Shown here in pieces: positions 48,410-59,900 of a stretch of 64,000 bases of DNA; the stretch's first letter is position 1; every line of letters begins with the position of its first letter. Source of the DNA: Trichoplax adhaerens (Eukaryota; Animalia; Placozoa); NCBI RefSeq assembly GCF_000150275.1, contig NW_002060947.1, positions 4,268,335-4,332,334 on the forward strand, given 5' to 3'. A model generated the notes under the pieces. It ran no database searches and was not told the origin of the DNA. It saw nothing but the letters and a program-made list of their open reading frames with translations. Made by a program: the position numbers and the translations under genes.

Positions 48410-49423
48410 TCACTGGTTATCGAAAGATTTTCTTTCAGTTTTTTCCTTCTCGACCAAATCCAGATACGGTTTTAAGTAAAATTTATCCTATGAGACAATC
48501 ACAACATATTAATTGCATAGTTGTAACACAGTAGAACATGAGGCATTCGTTTACAGATGTTGCTACAATGCGATAGCTTATTTGCGCAGATCATCTACAA
48601 CAACTATCCAAAGATTGAATATTTATATTGAAATGGTGCAAAGTAACTTGAAATGTATAAACGATAAGTTGAATGTCTTCGATATTAAGTGATAAGATCT
48701 TAACATTGTAATAGACTAGATAGCTTGCGACTTACATCTTCAACCTTCGTCCATTCTTCTCTAGGTAGATAAGTATTTTTAAGAGAACAGTCTAAAGCCC
48801 TCTTAATTCTCCACTGTCTAGCCATGTATTCATCCTCTGGTAATCTACGTAAAGCTTCGGCAATATTTGGTATTTCATCGTTTAGCAAGTCCTCTCTCTT
48901 TAAGCCTGAGAAAATAGAAACACGGTATTAATGTTACCGATTTTGCTCACGATGTTTTTTACGATAGTACAGTAGTTGATAATATTCTATGCTTTATCAT
49001 TCACTCTCGTACTCCAGTTTGGAATGCAGCAACGTATAGACAATAATTAATAAATGCACTAATGATACCGCAATTAAGAGTCCTGGGCTATGTTTCGTTC
49101 AATCGATTCAGTGATTACTGATTTTTACGTGTGATTATAATTATAATTCTTCAAGCGCTGATGACTATACGAATGAATGAATAACTAAGTGTCCGTGGAG
49201 ATTCGTTTACGAAAACTCCATGTTTCTGCTATTCGAAATATCCGCACGTATGGGATTATGAATTCACGTTACAATCACTTCTTCAAAGTTGAATGGCATA
49301 TTACTAACCGTATTTTCGATAACCCGAAGCGTTTTGCCACCACTCTGCTACAGCGGCAAAAATACGCCGCGATAATGGCAGTTGCCTCGCAATTTCAGCA
49401 CCTTTAACCACCTTGTTAGCCAT
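48410..49423 (-). CDS. UQCRB: Cytochrome b-c1 complex subunit 7 (QCR7), 3 exons
   Basis: Exons 49309-49423 (MANKVVKG...WWQNASGYRKYG), 48736-48905 (LKREDLLNDE...EALRRLPEDEYMARQWRIKRALDCSLKNTYLPREEWTKVED) and 48410-48487 (DKFYLKPYLDLVEKEKTERKSFDNQ*). Confidence 0.95.
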
Positions 49424-49431
49424 ATCACAAA

Positions 49432-49447
49432 CAAAAATGGCCGCCGC
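49432..49447 (-). promoter_or_regulatory. YY1-type motif immediately 5' of the UQCRB ATG
   Basis: Sense strand reads gcggcggccatttttg (GCCATNTT core), a rare GC-rich word in this window. Confidence 0.45.
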
Positions 49448-49489
49448 ACACGGTGTCCTATAACAGTATGGTCTGCGTTAGCTCGAACT

Positions 49490-49710
49490 CGTTTACACAC
49501 TGTACACTACAGTATTATACTGTACTACTGTACTGTACTGTCCAGTACACAATGTACAGTACACTTAAATTGTACTGTACAGTATACAGTAGTACAGTAC
49601 ACTGACTGTACAGACAGTACAGTACAGTACAGTACAGTACAGTAACTGTACTGTACAGTGTACAGTACAGTAGAGCGATTTCTTCACTGTACAGTACAGT
49701 ACAGTCATAT
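49490..49710. promoter_or_regulatory. CAGTA/TACTG pentamer island upstream of UQCRB
   Basis: Nearly pure pentamer run acagtacagtacagtacagtacagtacagta, 70-290 bp upstream of the ATG. Confidence 0.7.
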
Positions 49711-51214
49711 CATACCCGAGCCCGCTTGTCTGTATGTCTGTATACTTTCAACGAAAAACGTATCCATTTCCCAAAATTAACTCAAGCTGTCCAACAAGTT
49801 GTTCAACATCGTATGCTGATCAGCGTTATTGACAATGAAATGTTGAATGAATGCTATGTTAAAATTGACACGAACGGCAGAGTAGTTTATTAATATAGTT
49901 TATTGAAAACAATAACCTACTCAACAGCGGGTGAATAGTAGAGCACACTTTAGTAAGAATAAGTCGCTTTTATAGAATCCGTAACTCATAACAACAACAG
50001 GAAAAAATATGTTGTATAGAATATTGTTATGAATTACAGTTAGAACATCAATATGTCCATAACCTACGATAACAACATGACTAGGTAATATTGCTAATAT
50101 GGAACATGCATAAACTTAGAACTTACTTTTCTAACCCGAAATGAGTACAATCGCTATATAAACACTATACCACAACAGTAGTTGTATAGTTGTTATTGTG
50201 TCAAATCTCTCTCTCTCTGTATTATGATCCGGCATAAACTGTCATACTATAGTCCTCTACTTATCAACATGCTATGTTGTACTAATTTGCAGCATTTTAT
50301 AAATCATAACCCAAGAAACGCTGCGGATGTATACAGTATATACTCGTCTATATTGTGAGATCCGCCGCGTTATATTGGTAGTCGAATGGTAATGGAGAAC
50401 ACAGTTATTAGTTGAGTGAAGCGATTTTCCAGTTTTGAAATATTTACTTTATTAATACAGTCATCTAAAACATGCATCAGTAAACGTAACTCGTCGATAC
50501 TAGTTGATCTTTTATTTTCACTACCAACGATGGCTACAGTGCACGGGCATCTCTATTCACTGCTCATTGCACTTTAGAATAATAGTAAAATGGAGCTTAC
50601 TAATTCGATTCAATTATGGGTGATTTATTTTGATTTTGCTGCTGCTTTGTAGAAATAAATTCTAATTGTTAACAATGGTGCAATTGGATCAATGATCGCA
50701 CCAAATGGTTCATATTTTGCTCTCCTCCCATCAGTGTTTTTTATTTTCCTTCTTATTGTCCCATGAGTCAGGACAAATGGAGATGCAAAAGCTATTCTAG
50801 TCTTTGAGCGGGTTATTCGTTCCACAGATTGTCAGTAAGCAAGTTGAAGTTGACCGTTTGACGGCGTTATTAGTGTATACTGCATAGTAAAATGGAATAT
50901 TTTCTTCAAGACGCACTGGCGCTTGGCTGTGATAGTGCACGTGCAATGAAGAGTTTTGGATGCACCGCACAGCAGTTGAATCATTTAGGGACTTGAACTA
51001 ATGGACATCACGGGCGCTTGAATGGATCGATGGACGTTCTGACGATGAATGTTTTGGAGGACTACCACAACATTCAACATTATATAATCAACGACGCTGC
51101 ACTGGAGGACATGGGCTAAACCTGACGTTGACAGTGTGGAGGAATTCGACCTGACGTGGAATACTGTATACTGTACTGTACACTGTACAGTACAGTATAT
51201 TCTATTGTGTCTTG

Positions 51215-51417
51215 GAGCACCCCTGCGCTGTGGTTGGCCTAGAAAGATCATGTGATTTTCTACGTATTTCACACGTACAGTACAGTATATTACTGTCTCG
51301 AGTCCCGGAAGTTCAACAACTTCATACTCTCGAGCACCCCTGCGCTGTGGTTGGCCTAGAAAGATCATGTGATTCTCTACGTATTTCATACGCACTGTCT
51401 GCAGTCCCGGAAGTTCA
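51215..51417. repeat. Direct duplication, period 117 bp
   Basis: gagcacccctgcgctgtggttggcctagaaagatcatgtgatt...agtcccggaagttca at 51215 and 51332. Confidence 0.9.
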
Positions 51418-51742
51418 TCCTACCGGTTAGCTTCGAATGCGCCCCAAAATCACATGGCCATCAACAGGCATACTGTGTACTATCCAGGCAGATACTGTTA
51501 CACTTGTATGGTACAGTATAGTGCTGCATAGCCACCATTTCATGCTAAGGAGTTGTGGAGTAGAAGGATGTGTCACATGACCCACTGTGACCTTGCACCC
51601 GCCCACTAAGATGATTTGTATGGGAAAATATTCAAATTTGACCGCTTTCCCCTACAAATCCCAACAATATTTACACCCCTGGCCCTGGTGCAAAGCTTTG
51701 GTCTGTACTCTACAGTATACTGTACAGTTGGACATTCTTGAC

Positions 51743-51858
51743 AATGCCCGACACCCCGGTGTACAGTATCGAACTGTACATTGCCCGGAGTGTCGGGCAT
51801 TCTATACTGTAGTTAGGGTTAGGGTTATACTGTACAATGCCCGGCACTCCGGGCAATG
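51743..51858. repeat. Three alternately oriented GC-rich 17-23-bp repeats enclosing (TTAGGG)2
   Basis: aatgcccgacaccccgg (51743), cattgcccggagtgtcgggcatt (51779-51801), gttagggttagggtta (51812-51827), aatgcccggcactccgggcaatg (51836-51858). Confidence 0.85.
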
Positions 51859-52162
51859 CACCGTGACGTAACAGTATACAGTATATAGTAAATATTGGCC
51901 AAGGTAGGTTATGAAAGTAATTGCCAACCAACCGACCTTAGAGTGACGCACAAGATGGACGTCATCCTGTAGCACGATTCATTCATGGTTCACATGGTTT
52001 TAAAGGTAAGAAATTGCTCCAATTTTCAAACCATTTCTTCTTCAGGATAGTGCTCAGCATTACAAGGGTTAAACCTTACAATCTTGTCCATTAGTGGCTT
52101 TGAAATGCTTGGGTCATGTTACCCTAGAAATGATAAATACTCTTTGACATGCCACTAAAAAG

Positions 52163-52290
52163 GCGCATTTTACATCAGAACAAGAACCATTTGCTCATTG
52201 GCCTGATCTCCACTCAGCAAAAGAAGCTAGCAAACATGGTGGGGATCAGGCCAATGAGTAAACGTTTCTAATTTTATTATCAAAATGCGC
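52163..52290. repeat. Long imperfect inverted repeat (foldback/MITE-like)
   Basis: tttgctcattggcctgatctccac pairs with gtggggatcaggccaatgagtaaa. Outer ends gcgcatttt / aaaatgcgc also pair. Confidence 0.85.
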
Positions 52291-52419
52291 TACTAGCGCA
52301 AAAGAGGGCCAATGATTTCCATTCTAGTCGTCTATATAGAATTATACAGATGCATATACTTTTTATTAGCATAAGTAACGGCAATCCCCTTCTATCCTCG
52401 GTCCTCCTCCCTTAACATA

Positions 52420-52910
52420 AATTCGACAACCTTGCAGGCAAAAAGTACCCTTTTTTCAAAGGATTGTCCTCCCTTAACAGTTCGGATTGACAGTAGATAC
52501 TGATTACCTTTTACTACAGTACTTGTACATTTGACAACCTTGAATGGAAAAGTACCCTTTTTTCAAGGGACTATCCTCCCTTAAGAGTTCAGACTGACAC
52601 TACGTAGATACTGATTACCTTTTACTACAGTACTTGTACATTTGACAACCTTGCAGGCATAAAGCACCCTTTTTTCAAAGGATTGTCCTCCCTTAAGAGT
52701 TCAGATTGACAGTAGATACTGATTACCTTTTACTACAGTACTTGTACATTTGACAACCTTGAATGGAAAAGTACCCTTTTTTCAAGGGATTATCCTCCCT
52801 TAAGAGTTCAGACTGACAGTAGATACTGATTACCTTTTACTACAGTACTGTACTTGTAGATTTGACGACCTTGAACGGAAAAGTGCCCTTTTCTCAAGAG
52901 ATTGTCTCCT
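52420..52910. repeat. Tandem array of about 4.4 units of 108-112 bp with dimeric (A-B-A-B) higher-order structure
   Basis: gacaacc starts at 52425, 52533, 52644, 52752 and (gacgacc) 52864. Units alternate ttgcaggca and ttgaatgga. Confidence 0.93.
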
Positions 52911-55900
52911 TGACAGTGGAAATGAACAGTCGATACCAACTACCTTTTTCCTGCACTACTTATAGGAATAAATTCTATCATGAAAAAACTAGCTATGATG
53001 CAGTAGAATTGGAAGGCAAGTCTTGATGACTTTTAGCCTGTTAGAAATATCAGCTATTATTAGAATCGATCCTTTCAGATATATTTTAAACCCTCCCCAT
53101 CCTCCCTTCACAGTTCTTCGGACAAAGCTCGGATGATTTTCTGCAGTATATACTCATAGGGATAATAAAAACTAACTACTGTACAGTATAGTGCAATTCT
53201 AAGGCAAGTCTGGATGGCTTAAAGCCTGTTATTAATTATATATTAGATCCTTTCCAGATGTATTTACCTTGAGAGTTCTCCCCTCTCGTGACGAAGCCCT
53301 GATATTATTCTGCAGCATACTCCTACAAATAATAAAATAAAAACCTTAACCTCCGTTCTTGCGACGAAGTCGTGATGTTTTTCTCCAGTATACACGTATA
53401 CTCATACAGATAATAAATAACTACCATGCATGACATACGTACTGTGTGTGCCAGGGGGATGCAATTTACAAAAGTAGTCATAACTCTTGCAGGAAATACC
53501 ATATCTCTATTTCATATTTATACAGTACATCCAAGTCGATGCTGTATACTGCTGTACTGTGCTTAGATCGCTGGACTGTGTCATTTTTTGTGGCATACTT
53601 TGCAGAGCCAACGACGTCTAAAGAGAATTTTCTCTTACAAGTCCATGGCCAAGCAAGATTCTACTGTCCAGTGAATTCAATACTCATACTATGCATTTGT
53701 AGACAGTAAATAAAATGAATCGGTCGATTAAACGAATCGTAACAGTGGGTAAAGGAACTAATGCAAAACCATCAGTGTATGGTACATCATCGTTTAGATG
53801 GACCCTAATCATAGCATGCAGTAGATATCGATGCGTCTATTCAAAGTGTCAAATTGATCCAATATCTTCAAATCGAGATGCTAATATTTTTACAAAGTGG
53901 CAGCATACACCGTGCTGCCCATCATGGACTGTTATAGTACTCCTACAGTATAATTGGAGTAAACTAGTTCTACGAATGCAGTACATCAGCAAGCATAAGT
54001 TACCGTCAGTAACCGATCAACTCCTTTCAAAATGGAACAAATTGTTTTAGTTTGTATAAAAGTAGGGATCACCATATTGATCCGAAAATATCATAAAACA
54101 ACTTGAACATTGCCTGTATTGCTAAAGATTAATGATCAAAAACGACAGTATACATGACAACAAACTTCTGGGCCATTCTATTTTAGCAGAAAATGACGTA
54201 CAGTGCAAGTGTTTAGTAGCTTATTAATAGTTCGGTTAGGGTGATAAATGGATATATCACGGTCAAAATAAGTGCTGTTGCAAACTTGAATACTATCGAG
54301 TTTACTGTAATACTAAACAGACATTGTCAAATCACCGATTGGAGTATGGTGGGCTGCTTTCGCCTTAACCAATTGCTACTTTACATTGTTGAGATGCTGC
54401 TTGAAGTTTCCCGCAGATGGTGAATGAAATCGAATGTTAAACACTAGTAGTGTGCCACAACTGTACAAAAAGCAACAGTCGTCTACATTTTGACATTATA
54501 TACGCGTATATAGTATTTTTATTTAATGCCATAGTTAGGCCCACTGACTATTTTGAGTTTTCAAACGATATTGGTCTTTGTTGTTGATGATGATGAAAAT
54601 ATGAACTATGGGAAAGTTTATATTTGCATCTCTACCCTGTACTTTTATAGACAATATCTATGATTAAACATTACTGGATGATCAGGGACTACCCGTCTCT
54701 GTTATAACATGCAGATCAGATTACCGAGCTTACATAATAGTAGAGATCCAACTATCATAGATTGGATCGCCGCTTTCACACTATGCAAAAATACCTCTGC
54801 GGATACTGTTTATGAGTCTGTAATATATGGTATTGGTGAAAAGTGTACTGTAGCATGAATCAAGACAACCTATAAACTGCCAGAAGTCCTTTTAAGGAAA
54901 TATTTTGCCAGTGCAATCATGATGATCATAACTTTTTCCTTAATATGTATCCAGAAAGAGAGAACAAGAAAGTGGCTAGTGTGGACGTGCACTTATCTAG
55001 CCTTGTCGTGCAGTTCATGCTGTAATAATACTGTACTAACCTTACTTTTCGTTCAGTTGGATAAATATAGCGATAACGTCCAATTTTCTTAGCTTCCATT
55101 AAATGAACTAGTACTGTGACCTTCAATTTAGTACTCCTATACTTTAGTATGCTCAAAATGATAGAGTAACTTACTTGAAGAATGAACAAGAAATTGACTG
55201 ATCGTATATTTATGTTATATGTTGTACCCGTACTGTATAGACGGTTTCAATGATGGTCTCTTTCTAATGAAGACCTTAAAATTGGCTTTGGACCGGACTG
55301 AGGTTGGTAGCCATGGTGTTCTCCTTTTGATATAAGTTACATGGTAATAGATCTCGGCATGCAGTAGTTGTTTATCACTTTCTACTAGGAATCTCTAGCC
55401 TTCTCCTACAGTACTGTACGCCTAGTAGGCAGGAATCTATATAATGTAATACAGTTGTTTCTCACCTTATCCAAGCTATCAATGTTATACATTGCTATAT
55501 ATTTGTCGATTTCAAAGTATGAAGCATTAAAATGTACATACAATATAGTAGAAAGTTTTAAGCATCAAGTGTAACGCTTAGCAGCAAATCAGTAGATACA
55601 GACATAGTAATAGTTACATGCCTCAACATACTGTACTGTGGATTGATTTGTATAATTGACAGTCAATAAATTGTAGAATTGTGCGCTAAAGTTTCTAACC
55701 GGTTAATAAAAGTTTCAACTCGATCGTCCTTGAACATTATAGTAATGTATCATATCGTTATATCAACTACAGAATAAGGTCTTTACCTTTTCAACGATAT
55801 AGCACTATAATTATGATATTTCTGTGCTAGCAATATGTAACATTTATGATAGAATATTTTGATATAATTTTTTTTACAAGATTTAAAGCTGTCCCCATCC

Positions 55901-56996
55901 TTGGTAGGCTTTTGGATTAATTCTATGGTATGTACGCTGGTATAGTACTTCAATTTTCGAATCGTGTTCAATGTAGCTTTTATTTTGCAAAGCGTCAGAT
56001 TGCTTCTGTAGTTGAAATAAATTTCATCTGCTAACAGTAGAATCACCTTTTACTTTTAAATCGTTTATGTAAATAGCTAGTATCAGTGATTAACATTGAA
56101 TAATAGCATCCAAGCACCGTAAACATTTATTTTAAACTAATTATATTATTAGACCCTTTCGACTTGAAATCGAATTAACCAAAGTAGTAACATACATTCA
56201 TTTATTGGGATTATTTACATCTATCCCCCGCATTATTAATTAATATCAATAAGTTTTAGCATATTACGAGTGATTCGAATTGAATACACATTAAATGCGT
56301 TTTGGATAAGATTGAGTTATCAAGTTTGAGATTGTATGTCATGTAAATTAGTACAGTTAAGCATTTCCAATCTTAGTAATAGCAAATACTTTTGAATGCT
56401 TAACCCTTTTAAGCCAAGCTACGTCTGATTAAATAATGTCTAGCTTCGTTTAGAACTAGAATTAATTTACAATTGCAGTATGGTAGTACATTAATTAGTT
56501 ACGATATTACATTTCAACGTAATCTTTTTACATTAAGATCATATGAGAGCAAGAAAAAGTCGGTAATCGAAAACTATAGTGTATAGATGGTATTTCTTAA
56601 ATCACACCGAGGGTAAATATTAGATGCTAAAAGCATGTAAAACCAATGTTTTTGTATATGTAACATTCGGAATAATGTGAACGTCAGTAATAGAGTTGTA
56701 TTGTTTAAGAAAGAATACTTAGTAAGAGAACACAAGTCGATAATGAGCGCAAATACCATAGGTACAATGATGATTTGGTTTTGGAAATTTTTCCTGAGCT
56801 GCTTATGATACCGTATCGAGTTATTGGTGTTCTTTCATTCCTCTTGTAAATTGTTATGTAGTGAAAGGCTGAACGATCACAAGTAAAGTTTTGACTACTC
56901 CAAAATATCTACATACGTATAGCCATACTAATAGAATAATGTAGCCGAAATAATTAAACTAAACACATTTAATTGAGTTCATTAATTAATAAACAG

Positions 56997-59900
56997 ATAC
57001 AATGGAATGCTCAGTATGCAATAAAAAATACAAATTGGCCGAAATATATCCTAATAAGATATCACAAGTAGCAATGTGCAAGGTACGACTTTAATTTGAT
57101 ATGATGTTTTGTATTGACAGTGATAAACTTGATTTTTCCTTGTAAGGCATGCCATGATTTCTCTTATAACTCTGAATGTACGCTGGATGAAGATGGCCAT
57201 TATGCACAATGTGCTTGGTGTGGAGCTAGAAACGAAATTTTACTATGTAGTAGTTGTAAAAATAGTTTCTGCACTACATGCATTAGACAAAATTTTGGTA
57301 GAAAAGTACTGGAAGTGATTCAAAATCTCAAATTTTGGAGATGCTTTGCTTGCGATGATCCGTTCATAAAAAGTTCGCAAGAAAATTATGAGGGAATGTG
57401 CTTCGGTAGTAATTCGATAAAGGAAAGCAGCGTCGTGAAAGGCAGGTGTTGTGGTAAACCGAGCGACAAGGACTTAATGGAATCCAAATCAATCGATACA
57501 GCTAGTTATGCTCTTGGATCTGACGATGCCAGTGACGTTTCTACTAATGTTAGTGTAGGGGAACATAACTTGGATAGTAACGTTAATGAGGCGGTTTCGA
57601 ATGTTGACTCTTTGGCAGTGGATAGAAACCAAGAGTTAAATCGATATTTAGCAGAAGATATGATAGCGGCTGATCAAACATATGACAGACATAGCTGTGT
57701 TGACTTTGAAATTCATTTATCTTCTGATGATTGGAAGAATGCACTAGACATGCATCGAACTGAGAATATAAATACAATTAGCAGCCGACGCCTGAAATTA
57801 GGAACGATGCCAACATTTCCTTGTTTTCATATAGTGGCTGTTGGTTTAGAAGATTTAAATATCAAAAAATTAAAACTGCTTTACCCGACGTATAAGATTA
57901 CAGTTGATCATGATCCTTTCTTATTGGAAGATAGAACCGAAGATAAGTCTTTAGATAGCGATTATGATAATCCTGATATACAGTCAATTCATGATAGTCA
58001 AAGCGAAAGTCAGGAGTCCTCATTTTTAAGCAAGATAGAAAGAAAATTACTAGGGAAACAACATCCAAAGAGTCGAAAACACCGTCTTAAATCGGACATT
58101 TCTGACATAAGTGATGGAAAATGTAATCATTCTAATGTAAAACGTATGAAATTAGAGTCTGGATCGTTGAATTCTGATGAAGATAATTATCCATCATCAT
58201 CTCACGATATATCAGATAACGAATCAGATGAACCTATTTCGAGTTGTAATGAATTCGATGATGAACATATCGATAGTGAATGTAATCTCAGCGATAGTAA
58301 TGAAGCAAGTAACAACTTTAGCGACGAATCAATTTCGGATTCTGATAGCACGGTGTTGAATATGGAAGACCTGATTGGTGATAGAAAAGCAAGAGTGCGT
58401 CGATCAGTCGAGAAAGACCTTACAGATGCTGATAGTATCACGAGCATTTCAACGGATACCGAAAGTAATGCTACCAAGGCTGTGCTAAAAAGCGCTTTGC
58501 AATATAGTCCTACTAAATCAGAATCTTCTAGGCATAAAGCAACTGTTAAAGACTGTGAGATAACTCACCATGATAAAAGGCAGGTCTCTGTATCGTCGGA
58601 ACGTCGTCGCGATAACCCATCAAGCCACTGTTCTTTCCGAAATGCAGATTCAGTGTGTGATAATTCGGTATCATCGGAACGTCGTCGCGATGACCCATCA
58701 AGCCACTGTTCTTTCCGAAATGCAGATTCAGTGTGTGATAATTCGGTAAAGATATCTTCGACATTGACTTCTGTCAATGAGCCTGATAATCAGAGTGAAC
58801 ATGCAATGGAAATTATTGCTTCTAGTAAAGATAAAGAAAATACTCACCACACTAATAACGTCGAAGATCGTAAATCACCTCCAAATGCTACGCATGAAGA
58901 TGATTCTCCTTCTACAGTATGTTTAAAAAAGAACTCTGCTGGTCGTAAGAAAATACGCCGGGTTCTTAACTATTTTGAGCTAGATCCGGAAACCCGAGCT
59001 GCGGCGAAGGAAGAAAAAAAAAGATTAGATCGCATTAAAGATCAGAAGCGTTCGAAAACTACTTCTTCTGCAACTAATAGTCAAGTAGATGACTTTATTT
59101 TAGAGAAACATGATAATAAAAAGATTGTTTACGTCCAATCATTCATTAGTAAGCATCTAAAAGCTCATCAGAAGGAAGGTATAAAATTTATGTGGACAAG
59201 CTGTATCGAGTCAGTTGATCGAATTGCTGAACCTGGATCTGGTTGTATAATTGCACATTCGATGGGCTTGGGTAAAACGTTACAGGTAGCTTCTAGCATT
59301 CGTATTGTTCCGGTTCATACTTTTAAACTTATTCTCAACTAATCACTGGTCTAAATAGGTTATCGCTTTCATCGATGCAGTATTGAACTATGGTAATGAA
59401 AGCATACAGAGCGTACTTGTAGTATGCCCTAAAAATGTTTTATTAAATTGGGCACTGGAGTTTAAAAAGTGGCTCAAGAGGGAAAATAGTTATAGTGTAA
59501 GTTATTACTAGAATTGTTAAAATATAAGAGAAATTATTAATTAATCTGAAAATATATGACCCTATATCTTGCAGGTACACACTTTTTCAGCTACCTTAAG
59601 CAGTACTAAGGACCGTTTGAGGCCTCTACGGCTCTGGAATGCTACGAAGGGTTTAATGATTATTAGTTATAATATGTATACGAGGTTGTTATCACCTGAT
59701 AAATCTAATTTTGATCGCAGTTGTAATGATTTTCTTACACAAGTTCTGTTGGAACCTGGTGAGTAATGCTTACGCTTTACCTAATAACATTTATTTAACG
59801 TAACTTGGGTAAATTTTTCAATTATTGCAGGTCCGGACATTGTTATATGTGACGAAGGACATTTGCTTAAAAGTCAAAAAACTAAAACTTCTGAGATTTT

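Larger units (their letters stand above)
51160..51890. promoter_or_regulatory. GC-richer CAGTA-containing island, candidate ATRX promoter, with ETS and E-box motifs
   Basis: CAGTA/TACTG clusters, two CCGGAAGT, two TCATGTGA and one GTCACATGAC. Followed by caagatgg and donor taaag|gtaag at about 52005. Confidence 0.5.

Noticed and set aside
53446-56759. Scattered 60-110 aa ORFs between the putative ATRX promoter and the ADD exons
   Set aside because: No domain-like content or consistent exon chain; likely intronic or intergenic.
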